Source: Dehalococcoidia bacterium | GTDB lineage: Bacteria; Chloroflexota; Dehalococcoidia; GIF9; AB-539-J10 | Direction: 5' to 3' | Assembly: GCA_034430415.1 (NCBI GenBank) | Contig: DAOUEN010000069.1 | Location: 1-61,990, forward strand | Length of the DNA stretch: 61,990 nucleotides | The notes under the pieces: generated by a model | The model's database searches: none | What the model was told of the DNA's origin: nothing | What the model saw: the letters and a program-made list of their open reading frames with translations, nothing else | Position numbers and translations under genes: made by a program | Shown: one piece after another, positions 9,288 to 18,044 of the stretch | Layout: each line of letters opens with the position of its first letter | How positions within the stretch are numbered: position 1 is the first letter of the stretch

Positions 9288-9457
9288 TGTTATAATATAA
9301 GTACCATATTGCGCCAATGACGGCAGGCACCACCCCACATTAGACATGGGGTAGGGGGGCATAGCTGCTCTCCGAAAGTGTTTAAAAGTCCAGCCTGCTC
9401 AGGCACCATGTAACCCTGTGTCATTGGCACAGGGATTGTTATTATTAAGGTGGTCAT
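9288..9457 (+). promoter_or_regulatory. rplJ leader: extended -10 (TGTTATAAT, 9288-9296) plus a structured leader ending in a terminator-like hairpin and T-tract
   Basis: ccctgtg-tcattgg-cacaggg (9414-9434) is followed by attgttattatt. The upstream ccaatgac (9314-9321) can pair with gtcattgg (9420-9427) as an alternative structure. Confidence 0.5.
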
Positions 9458-9979
9458 ATGCTAAGAGAGAGAAAAACGCAAATCGTCGCTCAACTGGCGG
9501 ACAGCTTGTCTCGAAGTAGGGTTGTTATCGCCACCAGCTATCAAGGCCTTACAGCAAAGGAACTGGCTAGCTTCCGATGGACCCTGGCCGATGCGGCAAT
9601 CGAGTGTCGTGTGGTCAAGAACACCTTGGTTCGCCTGGCCGCACAAAGTGTTGGCATGGAACGAATCATGAACATCGTTGATGGCCCTACGGCTCTGGCG
9701 TTTGGCTACGATGACGCTGCTCACGCCGCGAAGACCATCAGCCAATGCATTAGGTCCAGGGAATCTGCGGTGGGAATTAAGGGAGGTCTGCTGGGAGAGC
9801 GCGTCCTGAACCCCCAGGAGGTGATGACGCTGGCCAGCTTACCACCCAGGGAAATGCTCATATCCCAATTGGCAAGTCAGTTCCAGGCTCCCATAAGGCG
9901 TTTGCACAATGCCCTGAGCTTCCCTCTGCAGGGCCTGAGAAACGTCTTGGAGGCCAGGATTCAAGAACTCGCTGAATAG
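9458..9979 (+). CDS. rplJ: 50S ribosomal protein L10
   Basis: Position between rplA and rplL. L10-like N-terminal region (YQGLTAKELASFR, VVKNTL). AAGGTGG RBS. Confidence 0.93.
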   Translation: MLRERKTQIVAQLADSLSRSRVVIATSYQGLTAKELASFRWTLADAAIECRVVKNTLVRLAAQSVGMERIMNIVDGPTALAFGYDDAAHAAKTISQCIRSRESAVGIKGGLLGERVLNPQEVMTLASLPPREMLISQLASQFQAPIRRLHNALSFPLQGLRNVLEARIQELAE

Positions 9980-9994
9980 AACAAGGAGGTTATC

Positions 9995-10459
9995 ATGTCA
10001 CCCAAAGAAGAGACAAAGGCCGTCAAGGAAGAGAAGAAGCCTGCCAAGGCCAAGGCAACGAAGGAGTCCAGATCAATGACCAAGGAGGAAATCCTTACCG
10101 CAGTCAAGAGCATGACGGTGATGGATCTTGCTGATTTGGTCAAGGCTCTCGAAGAGGAATTTGGGGTGAGCGCTGCTCCTGTGGCTGTGACAGCAGCTGC
10201 GCCTACTGCAACGCCCGCGGAGGTGGCAGAAGAGGCTCCCGAGGAACAAACGGAATTCACAGTAACACTCAAGGCCATTGGGGAAAAGAAGATCGATGTG
10301 ATCAAGGCGGTACGCGAGGTGACCGATTTGGGGTTGAAGCAGGCCAAGGACTTGGTGGAGGCGGCTCCGCAGGCTGTCAGAGAGAGCATCTCCAAGGAGG
10401 AAGCAGCTACCATAAAGCAGAAGCTTGAAGCTGCTGGAGCGACTATCGAGATCAAGTAG
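9995..10459 (+). CDS. rplL: 50S ribosomal protein L7/L12, with a possible 27-aa Lys/Glu-rich N-terminal extension (alternative start 10076)
   Basis: The canonical core [31 protein letters not shown]...[22 protein letters not shown] begins at residue 28. Both ATGs have an AAGGAG(G) RBS. Confidence 0.93.
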   Translation: MSPKEETKAVKEEKKPAKAKATKESRSMTKEEILTAVKSMTVMDLADLVKALEEEFGVSAAPVAVTAAAPTATPAEVAEEAPEEQTEFTVTLKAIGEKKIDVIKAVREVTDLGLKQAKDLVEAAPQAVRESISKEEAATIKQKLEAAGATIEIK

Positions 10460-10491
10460 CGAGGTTCAGAGATCAGAACCACTCGTGAGGT

Positions 10492-10764
10492 GTGGTGGAG
10501 GAAATGCCGTTTGCTGCTTGGCAGGCTATCCTTGGGCTGGGTTTGTTCTTCGTTCTCATGGGTATCGCCTTCGTATCTTGGAATAGGAAGGAGGCGCGGA
10601 CATATTACACCTCTTTGGCAAGCCGAAGGGATGTCAAGGAGTTCATTACTCATGAGCCGAAGCGTCCCTGGCTAGGAGCCTGGGGGATTGGGGGGAAGAT
10701 ATCTCTCGTTATTGGCGGCATGTTGTTAGGCACCGCCGTGGTTCTGTGGCTCGTTTTCTTCTAA
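10492..10764 (+). CDS. small two-TM membrane protein (hypothetical)
   Basis: Two hydrophobic helices flank a charged loop. The start is uncertain (GTG 10492 or ATG 10504) and no good RBS is present. Confidence 0.45.
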   Translation: MVEEMPFAAWQAILGLGLFFVLMGIAFVSWNRKEARTYYTSLASRRDVKEFITHEPKRPWLGAWGIGGKISLVIGGMLLGTAVVLWLVFF

Positions 10765-10767
10765 CGT

Positions 10768-12288
10768 TCAGAGGATTTCTTTGTGGCGGTACTGCAACGC
10801 TTCAGCCACATGGTACGCCTGGATGATGTCACTGCCTTCAAGATCGGCGATCGTCCGAGAGAGCTTTAGAACGCGGTGAAAGGCACGAGCCGTAAGGTGA
10901 AGCTGTTTCATAGCGGCACGAAGTAGGCTTTGTGCTGGTGGCTCGACCACACACAAATCTCTCACTTCCTTGGCTGTCATGTCAGCATTACATCTCAGGC
11001 CTGTGCCCTGAAAACGTTCAGTCTGTATGGCGTGAGCTACCTCGACCCTCCTGTGAACCTCCGCTGAGGTATCGACAGGCATGTTTTCAGTGAGCTTCTC
11101 ATAGTCAACATGGGGGACATCAACGAACACATCAATACGATCGAGCAGTGGTCCGCTTATTCTCTTGTGGTACCGAGAGATTTCCGCTGCTGAGCACTTG
11201 CATTCCCTGAACGGGTCGCCGTAGTAGCCACAGGGACAGGGATTCATAGCTGCCGTCAACATGAAGCTGGCAGGAAAGGTCGCACTGCCGCGGGCACGGC
11301 TCACAGTAACAGTCCTGTCTTCTATTGGCTGGCGTAGCGATTCGAGGATTGCATGGCCAAATTCGGGGAACTCATCGAGGAAAAGAACGCCATGGTGGCT
11401 CAGGCTTATCTCACCAGGTCGTGGCCATTGTCCGCCTCCTACCAAGCCGGCCTGAGAAATGGTGTAGTGGGGGGCGCGAAAGGGCCGCTCCCTCATCACC
11501 GGGGAATCTGGCGGCAACAGCCCGCTTACGCTGTAGATCTTGGTGACCTCAATGGCCTCTTCCATGGTTAGTTGAGGCAGTATTGAGGGCAAGGAACGAG
11601 CCAGCATGGTCTTCCCACTTCCTGGTGGTCCACACATCAGCATGTTGTGCCTTCCGGCTGCCGCTACCTCTAGAGCTCTCTTGGCATGCTCCTGACCTTT
11701 GATGTAAGCGAGGTCGAAGCCATACTGGCGGTGAGGCTCCTGATACCAGTCAATGTCGCTGTGGTACTCTGGGATGAGCACTTCACCCATAAGGTGTACA
11801 GCTAGTTGTGTCAAGGACTCTGTAGGGAATATCTGGACGCCATGGACTAAACTTGCTTCCTTGGCATCGTCATACGGAACGAATAGGGTCGGCAAGCCTT
11901 TCTCATGAGCCAGAGCGACCATCGGCAATACGCCATTGGTGTGCCGGAGCTTGCCATCCAGAGATAGCTCTCCCAGGAATACGGTGTGGGAAACGTCAGC
12001 AGCTAACTGTCCTGAGCTTGCCAGTATGCCTACGGCCATGGGTAAGTCATAGGCAGGGCCTTCCTTCTTTAGGTCCGCAGGCGCCAGGTTGACGGTGATG
12101 CGTCTAGTGGGGAACTTGTATCCGGAGTTTCTTATGGCCGACCTTACCCTCTCTCTGGCTTCCTGAACCGCTTTGTCCGGCAGACCCACAATGGTGAATG
12201 ACGGTAACCCAGGGGATATGTCAACCTCTACCTCCACCAAGGCTCCCTCCAATCCGACAACAGCGCAGCTAACGACCTTGGCTAGCAT
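10768..12288 (-). CDS. comM: YifB/ComM-family Mg-chelatase-like AAA+ ATPase
   Basis: N-terminal Lon-protease-like domain (ITVNLAPADLKKEGP.YDLP.A), Walker A GPPGSGKTM, C-terminal Mg-chelatase domain. Confidence 0.92.
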   Translation of the reverse strand: MLAKVVSCAVVGLEGALVEVEVDISPGLPSFTIVGLPDKAVQEARERVRSAIRNSGYKFPTRRITVNLAPADLKKEGPAYDLPMAVGILASSGQLAADVSHTVFLGELSLDGKLRHTNGVLPMVALAHEKGLPTLFVPYDDAKEASLVHGVQIFPTESLTQLAVHLMGEVLIPEYHSDIDWYQEPHRQYGFDLAYIKGQEHAKRALEVAAAGRHNMLMCGPPGSGKTMLARSLPSILPQLTMEEAIEVTKIYSVSGLLPPDSPVMRERPFRAPHYTISQAGLVGGGQWPRPGEISLSHHGVLFLDEFPEFGHAILESLRQPIEDRTVTVSRARGSATFPASFMLTAAMNPCPCGYYGDPFRECKCSAAEISRYHKRISGPLLDRIDVFVDVPHVDYEKLTENMPVDTSAEVHRRVEVAHAIQTERFQGTGLRCNADMTAKEVRDLCVVEPPAQSLLRAAMKQLHLTARAFHRVLKLSRTIADLEGSDIIQAYHVAEALQYRHKEIL

Positions 12289-12323
12289 ATCGGGGGCATT
12301 ATAGCAGAGCGCGTCGTGGCCGG

Positions 12324-12683
12324 CTACGCGCCTATAGCTACAGCGATAGCGTACTGTCTGGTATCGGAAAGGCTGATCGAAAAGTCACCCAGCTTGAGGC
12401 TCTCAGCCCTCTCCTTCGCTTTGCCATAGAGGTTCACGCAGGGTTTGCCGTGAGCATCACTCAGGATTTCAATTTCCCGCCATGCGACACCTCTAGCGCC
12501 TGTGCCCAGGGCTTTCATTACTGCTTCCTTGCCAGCAAACCGAGAGGCCAATGATGAGATTCTACCCTGGTAGCTCTCTAGCTCAGCTTCAGTGTATACC
12601 CGGCTAAGAAATCGCTCACCCCATTGCTTGACTGCCGATTCAATGCGCCCTATTTCCACCATGTCGATGCCAATAGACGTCAC
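12324..12683 (-). CDS. acpS: holo-[acyl-carrier-protein] synthase
   Basis: IGIDMVEI..., FAGKEAVMKALG, and a size of 119 aa. Confidence 0.9.
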   Translation of the reverse strand: MTSIGIDMVEIGRIESAVKQWGERFLSRVYTEAELESYQGRISSLASRFAGKEAVMKALGTGARGVAWREIEILSDAHGKPCVNLYGKAKERAESLKLGDFSISLSDTRQYAIAVAIGA

Positions 12684-13035
12684 GTTACCAACTCCCCAGG
12701 TGCATTTCTAGTAAGTGCCTGGCTAAAAACATCAGCCGAGAACACAAGCCAAGGAAACACAGTCATGAATGCCGAGGCGATCATCACTGAAGCCGGCGAT
12801 CGACAACACATCAATCATGTAGTCCAACCCTGGCTACACTCGGCCGCGAAGGACAATGGCCTCGGCTATTCCAGCCAACCTAACCCTGTATGTAGAGATC
12901 AGCTAAAGAACTGTATGTAGCCCATCACAAGGGTGAACAGGATGAATGAAGCCTCACCTACTCGCCAGGTGCTCTCTCTTGCATCCTACAACCTTCTAGC
13001 TTCTTGATGGACCATATTACGCGGATATGTTGCCT

Positions 13036-13065
13036 AATATAGATAGTTGTAGATGCATGTGTCAA
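13036..13065 (-). promoter_or_regulatory. candidate promoter TTGACA-18-TATATT reading toward acpS
   Basis: On the minus strand, TTGACA is at 13065-13060 and TATATT at 13041-13036. It lies about 345 nt upstream of the acpS start. Confidence 0.4.
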
Positions 13066-13364
13066 TACATCTGCTAAACGACTGCGTGTCTTTCACAACC
13101 GATACCAGGCAGACACAGATGGTACCTCATCCGTTTGCGAGGCAACACCAATTCAGATACCCAGTTAGCTGCAATCCCGCAGGCAGCTACCCCACGGTGG
13201 CGCTCCTCCACTTCACACATGCCTGTTCTTCCATCCCTGGGCAATCCTGTAATCAAGCCATGCATTCACCAACAGCTCCAACTAAGAGTGGCGATACACC
13301 TTGCGAGTCCCAAGACCGATGAACTGCAACGCTGTCTACATTGCGCGAAGAGACAGCAAACCCA

Positions 13365-13393
13365 TTGACCAGGAACAACGGCCTAACTATAAT
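13365..13393 (+). promoter_or_regulatory. candidate promoter TTGACC-17-TATAAT upstream of the ThrC-like gene
   Basis: Hexamers at 13365-13370 and 13388-13393. Implies a leader of about 140 nt before ATG 13542. Confidence 0.5.
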
Positions 13394-13541
13394 GGAATTT
13401 GAGGCCTGCGTGATTGAGCATGCCGAAGAGTATCACTGAGGTCCAGCACTGACACGAAGAACTGAAAAGATGCTGAACCTAGACTTCTGGAAGCCCGGGG
13501 CAAAGGCTAAAGCAAAAGCGTGAACTATTGAGACCCTTCAA

Positions 13542-14657
13542 ATGATACCCTTTAGCATCATTTGTCGTGACTGTGGAAAGGAGACCCAGGAGGATGAGAG
13601 GAAGTGGCGGGATGAGTGTGGGGGTGCCCTTGACATTCTCTTTGATCTTCGCGGGAGGCAGTTCTCGTATCTAATCGACGTAAGAGAGCAAAACCTCAGA
13701 AGATATGCTCAGTTGCTCCCGTTGCAGGGCCTGCCTCCAGTGCACCAGGGCTGGACCCCAATAGCCAAGCGAAGCATCAGCGGAGTTGAGGTCAATTTCA
13801 AACTGGAATACCTGAGCATAGGAGGCTCCTTCAAAGACAGGGGGGCCTACGTTAGTGTAGCCAGAGCCAAGGAACTGGGAGCGAAGGGGATAATCGTGGA
13901 TTCCTCCGGCAATGCCGGGATAGGCTTCTCCCTCATGGGTCTACTTTCCGGGGTAGATGTCTCGGTATTCCTACCGAAACATGCTCCACAAGGAAAGAAG
14001 AACCTCCTGCGGCTCTTCAAGGCCAGTGTACACGAGATTGATGGAGACAGGATGGATGTCAACCGAGCCGCGTTGGCAGCCGAACAAGATGGATTGGCCT
14101 ACGTTGGGCACTGGTGGAACCCCTACTTCATAGAGGGCGTGAAGACCATAGCGTACGAAGCCTATGAGCAGTTGGGCAATGTTGACTTCGTGGTGTCTCC
14201 GGTTGGCAGCGGGACTCTGCTTCTGGGGTTGCACAAGGGCTATGCCGAGCTACGGGAGTTGGGGGCTGTAAACGAGATGCCTACATTTGTTGCAGTTCAA
14301 GCTTATGGCTATTCGGCGATATATGAGGACCTTGGGTGCAAACCACCAGCTTCACCCAGCTCGAAGCTCGCCGATGGCATAGCCATAGCCGATCCTCCGA
14401 GGAGACGCCAGATAACAGACGCCGTAAGAACAACTGGCGGGCACTGCGTGGTAGTCGGGGACGAGGAGATAAGACAGGCGTTAGTGGAACTGATAGAGCT
14501 TGGCTTTGTTGTGGAACCTACAAGCGCAACCGCCTATGCTGCCTTGCAGCAATGCGTCAAAGCAGGGTCTATCAAAGCTGGAACCAGAGTCCTGCTGCCC
14601 TTGACAGGCGCTGGTTTGAAACTGGTTGATGAACTGATAGCACTTACGGCGCGTTGA
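13542..14657 (+). CDS. threonine synthase-like PLP-dependent enzyme (fold type II) with an N-terminal zinc ribbon
   Basis: CRDCG-x13-CGG ribbon, PLP-lysine motif GGSFKDRGA, glycine loop GSGT. It is shorter (371 aa) than typical ThrC, so the specific function is left open. Confidence 0.7.
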   Translation: MIPFSIICRDCGKETQEDERKWRDECGGALDILFDLRGRQFSYLIDVREQNLRRYAQLLPLQGLPPVHQGWTPIAKRSISGVEVNFKLEYLSIGGSFKDRGAYVSVARAKELGAKGIIVDSSGNAGIGFSLMGLLSGVDVSVFLPKHAPQGKKNLLRLFKASVHEIDGDRMDVNRAALAAEQDGLAYVGHWWNPYFIEGVKTIAYEAYEQLGNVDFVVSPVGSGTLLLGLHKGYAELRELGAVNEMPTFVAVQAYGYSAIYEDLGCKPPASPSSKLADGIAIADPPRRRQITDAVRTTGGHCVVVGDEEIRQALVELIELGFVVEPTSATAYAALQQCVKAGSIKAGTRVLLPLTGAGLKLVDELIALTAR

Positions 14658-14773
14658 CAAGACAACGGTCAACTTTACAGCCTTCCAGCCCTGGTCTCTT
14701 GGTTGAGCAGCGAATTGACTTCTTGACAGGCTCAATGGTATAAGACGTGATTTCACCCTGGAGGTGAGCACAA

Positions 14774-15982
14774 ATGGCACGAGGCATAAGCAGTATAGTA
14801 GGCCAAATTCAACCCTCGGCAACTCTCTCTTTGAAGGAAGAGATAAGCTCTCTGGAGAAGAAGTATGGGTTCAAGATCATAGACCTCACCGCCGGCCAGC
14901 CGGATAGCGGTCCAACGGAGGATGTTCTAGCAGCACTTGTGGAGGGCGGCAAACTGCACAAGTACGGGCCAGTACAAGGTGACGCTGAGTTGAGAGAAGT
15001 GCTGCCGGCCGTGCTGAACCAAGAGGTTGGGGTGAAGTATGATCCCCAAGACATAGCTATTACAATTGGGGCGAAGGGAGCGATAGACATATTGATGCGG
15101 GTTCTACTCAATCCCGGCGACGGCGTTGGCATCATGTCACCGTTCTGGGTTACCTATCCTGAGTCCGTCAAACTAGCACGCGGCATCCCCTGTTTCCTCG
15201 AATCCACTGCTGGCCTGAGACCAGATATAGGAAGACTGCCGGGAGAGCTGAGATCCAAGAATATCAGAGCGCTCCTCTACAGCTCTCCATGCAACCCTTC
15301 AGGTATTGTCTATACCATGAACGAGCTACAGGCGATTGCAGGGATTGTGAAGGAACAGGACATCTGGGTCATATCCGACGAGATATACAGGAATTTTATT
15401 TTCGACGGCAGAACACCAGCAAGCATATTGCAGGTGGAAGGCATGCGTGACAACACCATATTGGTCGACGGCCCATCCAAGAGGTTCGGTATCCCCGGCT
15501 GGAGGCTGGGGGTGGTTGCTGGCCCCAGTGAGGTTATCAAGGCAGTTACCAAGCTACAAGGCCACACGAGCTCGGGGGCCTCCAGGCCGGTTCAACACGC
15601 CGTGCGTGTTGCTTACACCAGCCAAGAGGCCAGGAGAGCCAGCGAAGAGATGAGAAGAAGATACCAACGAAACAGGGATGTTTTTGTAAAAGGGCTCAAC
15701 GAGGTTGACGGTTTCAGTTGTGCCAAGCCAGAAGGCGCATTCTATGCTTTCCCCAATGCTGCAAGATTCTTCGGCCAAAGATATGAATTCGATGGCAGCG
15801 AGTACACTGTAAGCGGCTCTGTGGCTTTTCGAACCTTCCTTCTAAGAAAGGCACAGGTGGCCGGAGTCGAAGGAGCGCCTTTTGGGATGGATGGCCACAT
15901 CAGGTTTTCTTTGGCGACCAAGGAGGAGGACTGTATGACTGCGCTAGCCAGCATCAGGAATGCCGTGAGGGGGCTGCGTTAA
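14774..15982 (+). CDS. class I/II aminotransferase (aspartate aminotransferase-like)
   Basis: PCNPSG, SDEIY and PSKRFGIPGWRLG (PLP lysine) motifs. GGAGGTG RBS. Own TTGACT-18-TATAAG element at 14715-14744. Confidence 0.88.
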   Translation: MARGISSIVGQIQPSATLSLKEEISSLEKKYGFKIIDLTAGQPDSGPTEDVLAALVEGGKLHKYGPVQGDAELREVLPAVLNQEVGVKYDPQDIAITIGAKGAIDILMRVLLNPGDGVGIMSPFWVTYPESVKLARGIPCFLESTAGLRPDIGRLPGELRSKNIRALLYSSPCNPSGIVYTMNELQAIAGIVKEQDIWVISDEIYRNFIFDGRTPASILQVEGMRDNTILVDGPSKRFGIPGWRLGVVAGPSEVIKAVTKLQGHTSSGASRPVQHAVRVAYTSQEARRASEEMRRRYQRNRDVFVKGLNEVDGFSCAKPEGAFYAFPNAARFFGQRYEFDGSEYTVSGSVAFRTFLLRKAQVAGVEGAPFGMDGHIRFSLATKEEDCMTALASIRNAVRGLR

Positions 15983-15987
15983 TCCTG

Positions 15988-16758
15988 TCATACGCGGATT
16001 GGAATCCCTTTGCTCCCGAGGTATTCCTTGGCCTGGAGTATGGATATCTCGCCGAAGTGGAAGATGGAGGCCGCCAGGACTGCGGATGCCCCCGCTACTG
16101 TTACAGCCTCGTAGAGGTGCTCCAGCTTCCCTGCCCCTCCTGAAGCAACCACTGGAATGCTGACGGACTCAGCAACAGCCCTTGTCATCTCTATGTCATA
16201 TCCCTCTCTGGTACCGTCGGCGTCCTTGCTCGTAAGTAGAATCTCACCCGCGCCAAGTTCCTCCGCTCTCCTTGCCCACCCAACAAGCTCGATACCGGTG
16301 GAGTCGTGACCTCCGCTAACAACGACTTCCAGTCGAGGAAGAGCGCTATCAAGCGAATTCTTGCGCCCATCAATGGCGACCACTAATCTGCTCTTGCCAA
16401 ACTGTCTCGAGGCGTTCGCGATCAGCTCAGGATCCCTTACAGCAGCAGTATTCACCGAAATCCGATCTACGCCAAGATCAAACAGGACCTTCATGTCTTT
16501 CATGTTCCTGATGCCGCCACCTATACACAAAGGTACAGTAACCTTTTCTACCACTCTCCTGACCCAGTCCAGCCTCGTCCCTCTTGCCTCAACAGTCGCA
16601 GCGATATCGAGGAACACAAGCGCATCAGCCCCCTCCCTGCAATAAGCCTCCGCTGCCTCAACTGGATCCCGAGCATCCCTGACATTCTCGAACCTCACTC
16701 CCTTGACCACCCGCCCATCCTTCACATCCAGGCAAGGTATGATTCTTACTTCGTTCAT
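15988..16758 (-). CDS. hisF: imidazole glycerol phosphate synthase cyclase subunit
   Basis: [22 protein letters not shown] and GGGIR motifs. ATG 16758 (MNEVRII) is preferred over ORF start 16788 because GAGAGGAG precedes it. Confidence 0.93.
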   Translation of the reverse strand: MNEVRIIPCLDVKDGRVVKGVRFENVRDARDPVEAAEAYCREGADALVFLDIAATVEARGTRLDWVRRVVEKVTVPLCIGGGIRNMKDMKVLFDLGVDRISVNTAAVRDPELIANASRQFGKSRLVVAIDGRKNSLDSALPRLEVVVSGGHDSTGIELVGWARRAEELGAGEILLTSKDADGTREGYDIEMTRAVAESVSIPVVASGGAGKLEHLYEAVTVAGASAVLAASIFHFGEISILQAKEYLGSKGIPIRV

Positions 16759-16823
16759 AGCGCTCCTCTCGTTGACCAACAATGGCATTCATCTTAGGGA
16801 ATTCCTCATCATTTGACAAGGAG

Positions 16824-16852
16824 TTGACCGTGTGGCGCACATAAGCTAGAGT
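16824..16852 (+). promoter_or_regulatory. candidate promoter TTGACC-17-TAGAGT ending 8 nt before ATG 16861 (leaderless configuration)
   Basis: Hexamers at 16824-16829 and 16847-16852. No SD lies between the -10 and the ATG. Confidence 0.45.
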
Positions 16853-16860
16853 CTGCCCAA

Positions 16861-17946
16861 ATGAGGGCTGTTATTCTGTCAGGAGGCAAAGCAACCAGGC
16901 TACGCCCTCTTACCTGTAACACATCCAAGGTAATGATCCCCGTACTGAATCGTCCTTTTCTTCAGCATCTTGTCTGGTATCTAAAGAGGCACGATATTGT
17001 CGACATAACCCTTGCCATTGGCAAGATACCGGACGAGGTGGAGAGCTACTTCGGCGACGGCAGTAGCTTTGATACCACAATAGAGTATTCTACTGAGAGT
17101 GTTCCTCTAGGCACAGCTGGGGCAGTGAAGAACGCTGAAAGGCTCTTGGATAGGCCTTTCGTAGTTTTCAACGGCGATGTCTTCACGGATATTGACCTCA
17201 CTGCCATGATGGATGCCCATCAGCGAAGGGGAGCTATTGCAACCCTGGCGTTGACCCCCGTGGATGACCCTACAGCTTATGGCGTAGTTGAGACCGATGG
17301 TGAAGGAAGAGTCACACGCTTCCTGGAAAAACCGAGCCGTGACGAAGTAACCAGCAACCTGATCAATGCCGGCATCTATATTCTGCGTCCCGACATCCTC
17401 AACTACATCCCTCCCAACGCTTTCATCATGTTTGAGCGCGATGTCTTTCCCTCGGTCCTGGAGGCAGGAGAGACCATGTATGCTTATCCGTCTGATGATT
17501 ACTGGACTGATATCGGCACACCGGAAAGATACCTGAGGCTAAATCATGACTTGCTCGGGCGAGACATTGGCCCTCGCGGCCTAAAGTCCGAAGGGAAACA
17601 TGATATCCATCCATCAGCGCAAGTTGAAGGGCCCGTGCTGATTGGCAAAGGCTGCCGTGTCGCGAGCAACTGTACCATAGAGGGGCCAACTGTGTTGGGG
17701 CAAGGCTGCCAGATAAGGGAAGGTGCCGTCATACAAAGCTCGCTGTTGTGGCAAGATTGCGAAATTGGCAGGGGCGCCAGGCTCCGTGACTCCATACTTG
17801 CCTCCAGTTGCCATGTCGGGGGAGAAAGCCTTCTGGATAGCTGTGTGCTGGGGGACAATGTAAGGATTGGTAGCGGTAACCAACTACCCCAAGGCACCAG
17901 GATCTGGCCTGATAAATCGATACCGCCCGGCACAATTTCGTTTTGA
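16861..17946 (+). CDS. NDP-sugar pyrophosphorylase (mannose-1-phosphate guanylyltransferase-like) with a C-terminal left-handed beta-helix
   Basis: ILSGGKATRLRPLT nucleotide-binding signature. Hexapeptide-repeat C-terminus. Confidence 0.85.
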   Translation: MRAVILSGGKATRLRPLTCNTSKVMIPVLNRPFLQHLVWYLKRHDIVDITLAIGKIPDEVESYFGDGSSFDTTIEYSTESVPLGTAGAVKNAERLLDRPFVVFNGDVFTDIDLTAMMDAHQRRGAIATLALTPVDDPTAYGVVETDGEGRVTRFLEKPSRDEVTSNLINAGIYILRPDILNYIPPNAFIMFERDVFPSVLEAGETMYAYPSDDYWTDIGTPERYLRLNHDLLGRDIGPRGLKSEGKHDIHPSAQVEGPVLIGKGCRVASNCTIEGPTVLGQGCQIREGAVIQSSLLWQDCEIGRGARLRDSILASSCHVGGESLLDSCVLGDNVRIGSGNQLPQGTRIWPDKSIPPGTISF

Positions 17947-18044
17947 CCAGCCACGCCCGGGCCTTTGCTGTGGCTGGACCTACTTCAAGAGTCACCCAGA
18001 GTTGCTGATTAGCGTACAAGCCGCCGGAACCCGACTTCAGGAAG

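Noticed and set aside
8516-10653. Minus-strand ORFs 8516..9190 and 9961..10653 (224 and 230 aa).
   Set aside because: They lie opposite rplA and rplL, which are unambiguous. They have no motifs.
12684-13541. RNase P RNA, tmRNA, SRP RNA or 6S RNA in the ORF-poor gap.
   Set aside because: The hallmark motifs were not seen on either strand: GGAAAGTCCGG for RNase P, a tRNA-like 3' end for tmRNA, and GGAA-tetraloop domain IV for SRP. 6S cannot be excluded by eye.
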